Assembly (NCBI GenBank): GCA_031411295.1
Contig: JANOAV010000104.1
Span: forward strand, 1-48,414
From: Verrucomicrobiales bacterium
GTDB lineage: Bacteria > Verrucomicrobiota > Verrucomicrobiia > Verrucomicrobiales > V1-33
Length of the DNA: 48,414 nt
Direction: 5' to 3'
This document shows positions 17,415 to 28,000 of this stretch, one piece after another. A program made the position numbers and the translations under genes. The notes below the pieces were generated by a model. That model ran no database searches. It saw nothing but the letters and a program-made list of their open reading frames with translations, and was not told where the DNA came from. Each line of letters starts with the position of its first letter. Within the stretch, counting starts at the first letter, position 1.

Positions 17415-17736
17415 CAAACTTAATTCCATAGTCATTCATTCAGGTTCCTTCCCTTGCCAGTAGCATCGCACAATTCAAACCCGCAATGACATCCAGAAGC
17501 CGCAACTGCCTGTCCTCGTTATCCGAAACCTGGCGTTACAAGGAAAACATCCTTTCCTCCATAACTCGTTGTGGTTCAATGTTCATTAACCAAATTTTCA
17601 GCCGCTCAGGTCTATGTTTTCGCAAATTTGGAAAAATCGCATAAATGATATTGACTCGCCTGAGTTTTTAAGACAACTTGATAATAACCTCATCTGGAAA
17701 CCTCGCCCAGATTAACCTCAACCCAATCAATTAGCC

Positions 17737-18708
17737 ATGTTTCTCAAAGTTGCTCGTGCCATCGCGCGTCCACAGACGTTTGCGGTCCTGGATTTACTCA
17801 AACGCTCGACTGGACTGAGCGTAAATGAAATTGCCAAAGCCCTCAAGCTCAGCTACATGGGCGTGAAGCAATACTGCACTGAACTCGAAAAGAAAGGCCT
17901 CGTGGACACGTGGCGTCGGCCCACCACGATGGGGCGTCCGGAGAAATCGTATCGCCTGACCGCCAAGGCCGCTTCGTTTTATCCTGAGGTGGGGAATGAA
18001 ATGACGCTCGATCTGCTAAAGTCCATCGCGCAGCTCTACGGAGAGACCGCGCCTGACAAATTGCTCTTTAACTACTTCAACAAGAAGGCGGAAGGGTATC
18101 TAAAAAAGCTCAAAGGAGCCACGATTACCGAGAAAGCCGTCAGCTTTGTCAAATTGCGTGATGCGGAAGGCTGCTGCGCGCAGATCGAGTATGATGAAGC
18201 GAACGGCTACCGCGTCGTGGAGTATCACAGTCCGTTGAAAGAGATCGCAGATCAATTTCCGAATGTTTCGCGGATGGAAGAAATGATGTTTTCCAAAGTC
18301 CTCGGGCTGCCTGTGACCCGCAGTGAGGATCGGGTGTCCGGCCTCATGAAAATCAGTTTCCGCATCCCTTTGCAAGTCATCCCGCAAGGATTGGTGGCCA
18401 CCCCCACGGTGCGTGCCGTCAAGCCCGCGTCAGCCCCGGCCAAAGCTCCGCGCCTAAAGAAAACCCTGCCGGCCCCGGTGGTTGAGGTTACCCCGCCTGA
18501 GCCCGTGATTTCTGCGGAAATGGAAACCGTCGTGGAGCCAATGGAACCCACCGAAGTGACGGAACAAATCACCGCTACTGTCCCAGCTGAGCCAATCGTG
18601 GAGGAAGCTGTCCCGGAGATGACGGAGAACACCACGCCGATGCCAGCTCCAGTGGCACCACCCGCCACACGTGAAATCCAAGAAGACTTCTTCCTCCTCG
18701 TCGGCTAG
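17737..18708 (+). CDS. ArsR/SufR-like winged-HTH transcriptional regulator with a long Pro/Glu/Thr-rich tail
   Basis: LSVNEIAKALKLSYMGVKQY HTH, GRP...YRLT wing, VEYHSPL. Confidence 0.8.
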   Translation: MFLKVARAIARPQTFAVLDLLKRSTGLSVNEIAKALKLSYMGVKQYCTELEKKGLVDTWRRPTTMGRPEKSYRLTAKAASFYPEVGNEMTLDLLKSIAQLYGETAPDKLLFNYFNKKAEGYLKKLKGATITEKAVSFVKLRDAEGCCAQIEYDEANGYRVVEYHSPLKEIADQFPNVSRMEEMMFSKVLGLPVTRSEDRVSGLMKISFRIPLQVIPQGLVATPTVRAVKPASAPAKAPRLKKTLPAPVVEVTPPEPVISAEMETVVEPMEPTEVTEQITATVPAEPIVEEAVPEMTENTTPMPAPVAPPATREIQEDFFLLVG

Positions 18709-18795
18709 GAGAACTACGTTGGAGTTCGGCCTCCAGGCCGTCCCCTGCTAAAGCTCCCATTCCAGCGGCGGAGACCAACCTGAACCCCTGAATCT

Positions 18796-19983
18796 ATGAA
18801 CACCGTTTCCCGGCCCTTGCTCGCAGGTGCAGCCTTGGCTGTCGGGTTGGTCGGCGGCTGGCTGGTGCGAGGCACGAGCAATACCACCTCCCCAGCCTCC
18901 CACTCCCCAGCGCCAGCTCTGCCAAATGCCGATGTGGCGAAGTTGGCGACGACGCTGGTCAATGACGCCACCCTGGCCGACGGTCCAAATTTAGGTTACT
19001 TTGACTTCGTTAGCCAGACCGCCGCCCTGAGCCCGGAGGAAATGGAGCAATTGCTAAATGCGCTGCTCACCGCCGGTGCGCAAAGCCAGTCTGATCAAGG
19101 CCTGAACGCGGGTCTCGGCTGCGTCCTCCAGCGACTTGCGGCTGCACGACCTGCCTTGGCAGGGAAATGGTTGCTGACGCACCTCGATTCCGTTGAGGAT
19201 GAATTGGCGGATCGAGCTTGGAAATTAATTACCAGCAAAGATCCAGCCAGCCTAACGCAACTCAAATCCCCCGACCTGAAGCCTGAAGCCAAAGCCCTGC
19301 TCGCCAAACTGGAGTTAACCCTCCTGTCCAAATCCAACCCCGCCGCTGCAGTGGCCGCTGCCATGAGCCAGGCCGACGACCAGCTCCTCAAGGAGGCGAT
19401 GGCACAGTGGCAGCAGCAAAACCCGGACGAATCTTTCGCCTGGGCTATCGCTCAGCCTCCAGTCCAACTGGGGCGTGCCCTCCTCGCGCGCTGTGGCCAG
19501 CACGCCTCCGAGACCGAATTCAAGCAGCTACTGGAGCTGATCCCCCGTTGGAAATCCCTCCCGGGAGATGCCCTCAACTGGCAACCATTGGCTGAATCGG
19601 TGGTCGCTCAATTGATCAAACATCGAGGAATCGAAACCGCCCAGACCTGGGTGGAGCAGTTACCACTCACGGCCCTGAAGTTAGCGATACAGCAGGAGTT
19701 CTCTGCTGCCTGGCTCAAGCAAAATGCCGCCCAAGCCTCCCAATGGATCGCTAGCCTGCCGCCTTCCGCCGAGAGGGAAGTCAGCATCCTGGCACTGGTA
19801 AGTAGTATCCAAGGCACTGATCCCGAGCGCGCCTTCGGATGGGCCAAGCAACTGCAAAATGAAGTTAGTAAATCCCAAGCCATGAAGACCGCCATGCAAC
19901 AATGGCTCAAACAACAACCAGTGGCCGCCGCCAAGGCCTTGGAAATGATGGAGCCAGAGTTTCGCGAACTGATGAGCCCCTGA
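18796..19983 (+). CDS. Hypothetical membrane-anchored helical-repeat protein
   Basis: N-terminal TM/signal; repeated W...D/NP.AA..W units (SKDPAS, QQNPDESFAW, KQNAAQASQW, GTDPERAFGW). Confidence 0.7.
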   Translation: MNTVSRPLLAGAALAVGLVGGWLVRGTSNTTSPASHSPAPALPNADVAKLATTLVNDATLADGPNLGYFDFVSQTAALSPEEMEQLLNALLTAGAQSQSDQGLNAGLGCVLQRLAAARPALAGKWLLTHLDSVEDELADRAWKLITSKDPASLTQLKSPDLKPEAKALLAKLELTLLSKSNPAAAVAAAMSQADDQLLKEAMAQWQQQNPDESFAWAIAQPPVQLGRALLARCGQHASETEFKQLLELIPRWKSLPGDALNWQPLAESVVAQLIKHRGIETAQTWVEQLPLTALKLAIQQEFSAAWLKQNAAQASQWIASLPPSAEREVSILALVSSIQGTDPERAFGWAKQLQNEVSKSQAMKTAMQQWLKQQPVAAAKALEMMEPEFRELMSP

Positions 19984-20160
19984 GATCTATGCCATTTGGC
20001 AACAAGATGGAACATCACCTTTTACAAGTGTTTTAAGACTGACCCGTGCGGCACTTTGGGTTCCTGGGTGCCGCGCGACGGCGAGTGGGCAGCGTCGATG
20101 ACACGACAAATGCCATTCGAGCCGTTGCCTGCATCATCGCGTTTTTGGGCTTAAGCGAGT

Positions 20161-20238
20161 GTGGCAGCAGTCGGCTCGACTGCTGTGATCCTCAGAGTCC
20201 AGCGCCATTTTTACCGCAGTCCAGCGGACTGCTTCCAC
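20161..20238. repeat. REPIN-like element: inverted pair of GTGG-class REP units between convergent genes
   Basis: GTGGCAGCAGTCGGCTCGACTGC (20161-20183) versus the reverse complement of 20216-20238, GTGGAAGCAGTCCGCTGGACTGC: 20/23 identical, with a compensatory G-C/C-G swap in the stem. Confidence 0.72.
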
Positions 20239-20246
20239 TCTCCTGA

Positions 20247-21734
20247 TCAATCCGTCCGGGCTGCCTGGGCCGCCTGTAGCAACTTGGTCATTTCCGCCAC
20301 CTTCTCGGGATGCTTGCTGGCGACATTCTCTTTCTCCCCAAGGTCCTTACTGAGGTCATACAACTGAGGTTCCCGTCCGCCGCCGACCTCTACATTGGTA
20401 AATTCCGTGCGTTTGAGCGGAGCCTGATTGCTGGGGATGAGCTTCCAGTTGCCCTGCCGCAGCGCCAGCGGACCGCCTTGCTCCACCAACGTTTCCCGCC
20501 CCTGCTTGGCCTTCCCCAGCAAGGCTTCCAAATGAGTCTCACTGTCCGTAGCCGAGGGCACGGCCTGCTTGGTAAACGTGGCCAAAGACGCGAGCAAATC
20601 CACCTGGCACATGAGTGCATCGCTGGTGCCAGGCGCAATGCGGCCGGGCCAGCGCACAATGAACGGCACCCGGGTCCCGGCCTCGTAGGCACTGTATTTA
20701 TTACCCCGCAGCGGCCCAGACGGCGTGTGCGCCCCGAGCTTTTCATTGGCCCCGTCCACATAGCCATCGTCCAGCACCGGGCCGTTATCACTCGTTAGGA
20801 TGACCATCGTTTTCTCAGTCAGCTTCAACTCCTCCAATTTATCCAACACCTCCCCCACCGCCGCATCCAACTGTAAGATCGCATCTCCCCGCGGTCCCAT
20901 GCCGCTCTTGCCCACGAAACGCGGGTGCGGCACCCGCGGCACGTGCGGCTCGTGACTGGCATAGTAGAGGAAGAACGTTTTGGCGGCCTGCTGCTCGATA
21001 AATTTGATCGCTTCGCTCTTGAACGTATCCCCCAAGTCCTCGTCCTGCCAGAGGGCTGATTTCCCTCCCCTCATGTAGCCGATCCGGCTGATCCCATTGA
21101 TGATTGCCTGATCATGACCATGGGTCAGCCCCATCTTCAGGAGTTCGGGATTCGATTTGCCGGTCGGCAGCCCCGCAAATGGCTCCTTGTAACTAATCTC
21201 GATCGGGTCCGTCAAATCCAAGTTCGCCACCCGCCCGTCGCGCACGAACACCGTGGGCACCCGATCCCCGGTGGCGGCCATGATGAAACTATGATCGAAG
21301 CCAATCTCATTTGGACTTGGTTTGATTAACCCATTCCAATCCAAGGCTCCCCCGCCCAAGCCCAAGTGCCATTTCCCCACCACGCCGGTAACATAGCCGG
21401 CCTGCTTCAGGACCTTTGGCAGCGAGGGGATATCGGTGGGGATAATCAAGGCCGCATCCCCCGGCAGCACGCCGGTGCCCTTTTTCCGCCAAGGATACCT
21501 GCCGGTCAGCAGCGCATAGCGGGACGGCGTGCAGGTGGCGGAAGTCGTATGACCATCGGTAAAGCGCAAGCCATCCTTGGCCAACCGATCCATATTCGGG
21601 GTCGCGAGCTTACCTGATCCATAACAGGAAACATCGCCATAGCCCAAATCGTCCGCCATGATCAGGAGGATGTTCGGCAAAGGTTCGGCAGCCACAGTGA
21701 CACCAGCGAAAAGGAAAAATAAAAGTGCTCTCAT
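20247..21734 (-). CDS. Arylsulfatase (Cys-type, secreted)
   Basis: Signal peptide MRALLFFLFAGVTVAA; PNILLIMADDLGYGD, CTPSRYALLTG, GKWHLG, SDNG and YEAGTRVPFIVRWPG. Confidence 0.95.
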   Translation of the reverse strand: MRALLFFLFAGVTVAAEPLPNILLIMADDLGYGDVSCYGSGKLATPNMDRLAKDGLRFTDGHTTSATCTPSRYALLTGRYPWRKKGTGVLPGDAALIIPTDIPSLPKVLKQAGYVTGVVGKWHLGLGGGALDWNGLIKPSPNEIGFDHSFIMAATGDRVPTVFVRDGRVANLDLTDPIEISYKEPFAGLPTGKSNPELLKMGLTHGHDQAIINGISRIGYMRGGKSALWQDEDLGDTFKSEAIKFIEQQAAKTFFLYYASHEPHVPRVPHPRFVGKSGMGPRGDAILQLDAAVGEVLDKLEELKLTEKTMVILTSDNGPVLDDGYVDGANEKLGAHTPSGPLRGNKYSAYEAGTRVPFIVRWPGRIAPGTSDALMCQVDLLASLATFTKQAVPSATDSETHLEALLGKAKQGRETLVEQGGPLALRQGNWKLIPSNQAPLKRTEFTNVEVGGGREPQLYDLSKDLGEKENVASKHPEKVAEMTKLLQAAQAARTD

Positions 21735-22027
21735 GCCCCGAGTGGTAGCGAAAGTTCGTCCGGCCGCCAAGTGCTACTTTTTCAAATTCAATGCCTGTTG
21801 GAATAATATTGCATGCCATGAAGCTTGGCAGCCTCATCAACCAGAGCAGCGAGGCGAAGATCCCCTGAGCGATTCCCCTAGGCAAGCCTAATCCTACGCC
21901 GAAACGTAGCTTCAAGGCTTCAGAAGTATGTGACAACTCGCCAGTCCTACTTACGCTCCCTCATTCTCCCCGGTGCCGTTGCTCGTGCTCCGTCTCCGAA
22001 GTCCACTTTCCCTGATTTCCCGATTCC

Positions 22028-25000
22028 ATGTCATTCATCAATCAAGCCCTGCTTTACGGCCTAGCCGGGATTTCAATTCCCATCATCCTGCACCTGCTGA
22101 ATCGGCGGTCGGCCAAGCAGATTGAGTGGGGCGCGATGCTGTTTCTGCTGGACTCGGTGGAGTCCCGACGGCGGCGGATCCAGTTGGAAGAAGCCTTGCT
22201 CTTGGCCGCCCGGTGCTTGCTTTGCGGGCTCGTGGCGCTGGCGGTGGCGCGGCCCTTTCAGCCGCCAGGCGGGACGGTTCCTTATGTCATTGTGCTACCG
22301 GCATTTTTGATTTCACTCGTCATGATCACGACTGGCATCATTTTGCGCGAGACGCGGAAATATTTCTGGTGGCTGGTTGGCGGCGGTTTGGCGTTGCTGT
22401 TGGTCAGTGGACTGGCGGTGGCTTACGAGCAGTATTGGAATCTGAAACGTTTCGGCAACAGTGGGAAGAAGGACATTGTCCTCATCATTGACGGCTCCAC
22501 CTCCATGCAGATTCAAAATGGCGGCACCACCAACTTCGATCGCGCGGTGCAGGAGGCGCGGGAAGTGGTGGAAAAATCTGCGGGCGGCAATGGATTCAGC
22601 ATTATCTTGGGCGGCCCGGTTCCGTTAGTGAAAATCAGCGATCCTGTCGTGAACAAGAACGATGTGGGCCAAGTCCTCGACTCATTGAAGCCCATGCAGG
22701 GCAAGATGGATGGCTTCGGGGCACTCTCCACCGCCATGACAGCCTTGAATCGGGGCTCAAATCTGGGGAAGGAAATTATCGTTTTCACTGATGGTCAGGC
22801 GCTGGGTTGGAATCTGGATACGAACTCCGCCTGGGAAGCGCTGAAGGGCAGTGCGGACCAGCTCAAGACCAAGCCGCCCATCATTTATCGCAAGTTTACC
22901 CTGCCGACTGCGTTCAGAAACGTCAGCGTCTCCAACTTGAAATTCAGCCGTGATGTCATCGGCACCGATCGAGCCGTGGGAATCGACGTAACGCTGGAGA
23001 ACACCGGCACGGAGGCCATTTCTCCCACTTCACTGGAACTGAATATAGGGGACGCTCCGAAAGAAGTGAAGGAAGGCGCGCCCGCAGCCCCGGCGGATGA
23101 AAATTTCAAGCAATATAAAGAGGTGAAGCTGAATCAGCTCCAGCCGGGGATGAAAGAAACCGTTCATTTCAGCCACAAGTTCAAGGGCTCTGGAGCCCAA
23201 GTCGTGTCTGCCAGAGTCGTGGTAAACGACGATCTGTCGCTGGACAACCTAACGCAAACAGTCGCCTCCGTGAAGGACCGCCTGCGGGTCTTGATCGTGG
23301 AAGGCAACCCCGGAGCGGATGTGCTGCAACGAGCCGCCACGTTCACCTCCCTGGCGCTGGCTCCCAGCACCACCTTGAGCGCAGCCAGCAAGGCAGTGGA
23401 AAAGAACGAGCAGAAGAATCAGGACAAGGGCGTGAAGCCAGGCGCGCTGCTAGACCCGGAAGTGGTGCCGCACACGCGGCTCCCGAGCATGAAGAGTTTC
23501 GCCAACTACGATGTCGTGGTCCTGTGCAACGTGCCGCGTCTGGCGGACTCTGCATCGCGTCGCTTGGCAGCCTGGGTGCAGGCGGGTGGCGGGTTACTGA
23601 TTGCCCCTGGAGGGGAATCGGAAGCGGCGTTTTACAATGCGTGGAAGACGGCGGATGGACTCAATTTACTGCCAGGTAAAATGCTGGATCAGAAAGTGAT
23701 CGCAGCCGACAAAGACCCACTGCATTTGGCGCTGAACACCTTCAGCCATCCAGCCCTGAAGCTGGTGGCGGATGCCAAACAAAGCGATCTGGGCGGCACG
23801 GTCCTCCAGAAATATTGGCGCGTGGATGCCGAGGGCCCACTGGCGGTCGGGGCTTCGGTGGGCGGTCGCTTGGCTAATGGCGATCCCTTTCTCACGATGC
23901 GTCCGCTGGGAATCGGCTCGGTGATGCTGTCATCCGCAGGCTTCGATACCGGCAGTGGAAATCTCGCCACGCGGCAAGCGTTCGTGCCGTTACTGCATCA
24001 GTTGGTCTATTACCTGACGGCTCCAGATGGCCAACCATTGCAACGTCAGCCTGCGCAGCAAATCAGCTTGGCACTCACCAGCTCAAACGCGGAGGGCGGC
24101 CTGAAGGCGGATTTCTTCCGCGGGAAAGGCTGGAATCCGCCAGCCATCTCCAGTCGGGTGGAGAACAAGACGGACGTGAATTATTCTGAGAAGGGAACCC
24201 CTGGCAGTGTGGGAAAGGATAATTTCAGCGTTCGACTAACCGGAGCACTCCTGCCACGTTACAGCGAAGAATATCGCTTTGATGGCTGGGGTGATGACGG
24301 CATTGATGTCTATCTGGACGATAAGAAAATCATTAGCCGGGGAGGCGAGGGCAAGGCGAAACTGGAGGCCGGAAAGTATGTGGCGTTCCGCATCGATTTC
24401 ACCCAGACTAACGGAAACGCCACTTGGCAATTGAACTGGAGCAGCCAGTCTCAACCGCGCGAAATCATTCCCGCCGATGCGCTGCTGCCGTTCCTGCCAG
24501 GCGAGGACACCAAGGAATCCGTGGTGGGAAATTTAGTGGCACTGGGACCGGACCGCGTGGCCCGGCAAATGCCGCTGATCTTCACCAGAGCAGGCTTGCA
24601 GGCCCGATTGAATTCAGATGTCATTCCCGGAATCTACCGCATCAAGGTGCCGGACGAGCGGCGGGCGGACTTGGCGAAGCTGCTGAATCCGGCCGGAGAA
24701 CTTCCTTTCTCCGTGGCGGATGATCCTGCAGAATCCCGCCTCGCGCAATGGACGGAGCAGCAATTGGCCATGGTCAAATCCCATTTCGAATTCTTCCAAC
24801 CGAAGGAAGCCAAGGAAATCACGAACATCCTGGCAGGTCGGGAGTTTGGTGAGGAACTCTGGAAATACCTCGCGCTCGGAGCGTTGTTCATTCTACTGGC
24901 GGAAGTCGCCCTGACCCGCTGGATCGCTCTGAATCGGCGGGCCGGGGAGGAAGTGAGTTTGGACTTTGAACACAAATTCACCGCTCCCAAACAGTTCACC

Positions 25001-25039
25001 GATCAACTCTCCAAAATCAAAGCCGCCACCGCCGCCTGA
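22028..25039 (+). CDS. BatA-domain membrane protein: BatA, TMs, vWA, CARDB/Ig, GATase-like, PA14, C-terminal TM
   Basis: PIILHLLNRR...W.AM.FL (BatA N-terminus); IIDGSTSM and FTDG (MIDAS); DDLSLDN; YDVVVLCNV...GGGLLI; DNFSVR.TG...GDDG (PA14); PAESRL and ELWKYL...LLAE C-terminal anchor. Confidence 0.88.
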   Translation: MSFINQALLYGLAGISIPIILHLLNRRSAKQIEWGAMLFLLDSVESRRRRIQLEEALLLAARCLLCGLVALAVARPFQPPGGTVPYVIVLPAFLISLVMITTGIILRETRKYFWWLVGGGLALLLVSGLAVAYEQYWNLKRFGNSGKKDIVLIIDGSTSMQIQNGGTTNFDRAVQEAREVVEKSAGGNGFSIILGGPVPLVKISDPVVNKNDVGQVLDSLKPMQGKMDGFGALSTAMTALNRGSNLGKEIIVFTDGQALGWNLDTNSAWEALKGSADQLKTKPPIIYRKFTLPTAFRNVSVSNLKFSRDVIGTDRAVGIDVTLENTGTEAISPTSLELNIGDAPKEVKEGAPAAPADENFKQYKEVKLNQLQPGMKETVHFSHKFKGSGAQVVSARVVVNDDLSLDNLTQTVASVKDRLRVLIVEGNPGADVLQRAATFTSLALAPSTTLSAASKAVEKNEQKNQDKGVKPGALLDPEVVPHTRLPSMKSFANYDVVVLCNVPRLADSASRRLAAWVQAGGGLLIAPGGESEAAFYNAWKTADGLNLLPGKMLDQKVIAADKDPLHLALNTFSHPALKLVADAKQSDLGGTVLQKYWRVDAEGPLAVGASVGGRLANGDPFLTMRPLGIGSVMLSSAGFDTGSGNLATRQAFVPLLHQLVYYLTAPDGQPLQRQPAQQISLALTSSNAEGGLKADFFRGKGWNPPAISSRVENKTDVNYSEKGTPGSVGKDNFSVRLTGALLPRYSEEYRFDGWGDDGIDVYLDDKKIISRGGEGKAKLEAGKYVAFRIDFTQTNGNATWQLNWSSQSQPREIIPADALLPFLPGEDTKESVVGNLVALGPDRVARQMPLIFTRAGLQARLNSDVIPGIYRIKVPDERRADLAKLLNPAGELPFSVADDPAESRLAQWTEQQLAMVKSHFEFFQPKEAKEITNILAGREFGEELWKYLALGALFILLAEVALTRWIALNRRAGEEVSLDFEHKFTAPKQFTDQLSKIKAATAA

Positions 25040-25046
25040 TCCCATC

Positions 25047-28000
25047 ATGCCTGACTCCAATCCATTAAGACCCGATCTGCTGGGCTCCGAAATCGCCACT
25101 CCGGTGCTGTGGTTGCTGGCTGCTTTCTTGCTAGTTGCCTGGTTCGTTTCTCATCGTTTCAAGGATCGCCTAACTACCAAACTGCTGCAACTCGGCTATC
25201 TGGCCGGGCGCATCATCCTCGGCATGGTGGCTCTCTGGGCCTTATATCAGGCTGTTTCTCGCTCGCTGGTGTTAGAGTCCAACTGGCCGCTGTGGGGCAA
25301 TGCTTTCATCGGAGCCGTGGCCATTGAATTCGCCATGGTGGTGTATCAATTGGAAAAGAAGCTCATTACCCCTCGCCTGGGAAAATTTCTCCTGGCTGTG
25401 CGCGTGGTTTCGATTGCCACCATCCTGACCATTCTAATCCAACCCGTTTTTGCACGCGATACCAATCGTCAGATCGAACGCAAAGTCGTCGTGCTAGTGG
25501 ACGATTCCGGTTCCATGGGCATTGCAGATCCGCAAATGACGGTGGCGGAGAAAATGAGCCTGGCCAACTTCTATGGTCTGGCAGCGTTGAAAGATCGGCC
25601 GCAACTGGAACCAAAATTTACCGCTTTCGAAACCAGCGTGACCGCCCTGGATAAGACATTGGGAACCCTGACGCTGCCGGAAGGATTTGGCGCAGAAGCG
25701 GAAATGGCTCTACTGACCGAAAAGAAAGACCCCATTTCCGCCGCCATCAAGGAACTGCAAGCCAACGCCGAAGCCCTCACTAAAGCGGTGCAGGAAGCGC
25801 AGAATCTGCCGGAAGATGCCAAGCAAGTGGCGGCCGAAATCGAGCGCAACCTACGGGAAGGATTCAAGGATCGGCTCACGGATGCCGCGCAACGCTTGGA
25901 ACAAAAGAAACTCAACGACTTGCAATCGTCACTCAAGCAAGCCCGTGAAATCGGCTCGCGGGTCACGTCGCGCTCCCCATTCCTGACTGATGCAGTGGAT
26001 CAAGTGTTCTACCAAAAAGTAAGCCCGGAAGCGCGCAAGGAGATCGATGATCTGGCCCTGAAAACCCGCGCCAAGCTGGCGGCGGAAACCATGGAGCGGC
26101 CTCGCGCAGATGGCGGGAACAAGAGCCTGACTTCCTTACTACAAGAGAAATATGGCGTGCAGTTAGTGAGGTTCGGCAAGAAATCCTCGGAAGTGGCGGA
26201 CTTCGCTTTCCCAGCCTCTGGAGAAGATCAGGAGTTCCGGCTACGCACGGACCTAACCAGCGCACTAACCAAAATTTCCGAGACCTATCCCCCGGAAAAT
26301 CTCGCTGGGGTGCTGCTGCTTTCGGATTGCCGACACAATACAGACACGCCGACGAACGATATCGTCAGGAAAATCGGCACCGGCGGAAGTCCCATTGTGC
26401 CAGTGCTGATCGGCTCTGCCAAAGGCTCCAAGGACGCATCCATCCTGGCGGTGAATGGACCGCAGGCGATTTATGAGGGGGATCGGATTCGCACGAAGGT
26501 TGATTTGAAAGCCGATGGCTTGCGCGGGCAGAAGCTCAAAGTGCGCTTGTTGCAGGATGGCAATGAAGTCGCCACCCAGGAAGTTTCCGTGCCGGAGGAC
26601 AGTTATCGCACCACGATTCGCCTGGTTTATCAGCCGAAGGTAGCGGGCATATTTTCGCACAAGGTAGTGATCGACCCCATCGAAGGCGAATTGTTTAAGA
26701 ACAACAACGAATGGGGGTTTCAGACCGCTGTGAGTGAAGATCGCACAGCGGTGCTCATGGTGGATGATCGTCCACGTTGGGAATTCCGTTACTTGCGGAA
26801 CCTCTTTGATAGTCGGGATAAATCGGTGCATTTACAATACGTCCTGCTGCATCCGGACGACGTGGAAGGAGCCACGCATGAGCCCAAAGTGGCCTCCGCG
26901 GGCGCGAAGTTTGGCGATTCCGAAGCCACCGCCATGCCAGAGAAATTAGAGGATTGGAAGAAATTCGATGTCATCATTCTGGGCGATATTCCACCGGCCT
27001 CGCTGGGTGCAGACAAATGGAAGATCATCAGCGAATGTGTCAGTCAACGCGGGGCCATGCTCGTGATGATTGCCGGGCCTAACTCGATGCCTCACGCCTA
27101 CACCAACGAGGTTTTCAAGGAACTCTGCCCGGTGCTTTACGAAGCCACCACGGCTTCCATGCAGGCTCCGCCGGAACCCGCGTATCGGCTGATGCTCACG
27201 GCGGAAGGGCGGCAACATTTGATGTTCCAACAATCCAAGAGCACGCTGGAAACGAATCGCATCTGGGAATCGATGCCCCTGCTGCGGTGGCGGCACACGA
27301 TCACTGGCGTGAAGCCAACTGCTTCCGTGCTGGCCTATGCGCAGCCTGCCAAGCTGGATGCGGGCGATAACGAGATCCCCCAATCATCCGTGACCGCATC
27401 CTTGGATCCCGCCGCGCTCAGTAAACAGAAGGCCAGCGAGGCGAAAAATGCCCTGGTGGTCACCAGCCAATACGGCAGCGGCAAAGTGGCGATGATGAAT
27501 TTCGATCACACGTGGCGCTTCCGTTATGGCGTGGGCGATACCTATCACCACCGTTTCTGGGGCCAACTGCTGCGTTGGGGAGCTGGTGATAATTTACGCG
27601 CCGGCACCGAGTTGGTCCGTTTGGGCACCGACAATCTAACCTATGAACCGGGCGAGAAAATCAGCATCGTGAACAAGACCATTGAACAGGATTATCGGCC
27701 TGTGACCGAGGCCACGACAACCGCTACGGTGTATCGCGGCACGGAGAAGGTGGCGCAGAAGAAACTGACGTTCCAAGCAGACTCGCCCGGGATTTATGAA
27801 GGGTTCCTGGATTCCCTAACGGAGCCGGGAGATTACAGTCTGGAGCTGAGCGGAAGCGACGTGGAACGGCTCGCAGCAGGCACGGCCATCAAGACGAAAT
27901 TCACCATCGCCAGTGCCGTGAATCCCGTGGAGTTCGGGGATCTAACCACGAACTCGGAATTGGCAAATCGCCTGGCAGCCGATACCAATGGCGTCGTGCT

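Noticed and set aside
21860..21930. Small hairpins (TAGGC-AA-GCCTA, CTACG-CCGAAA-CGTAG) upstream of the BatA operon as a riboswitch or ncRNA
   Set aside because: Stems are only 5 bp and match no riboswitch consensus I recognise; an Rfam/Infernal scan would be needed
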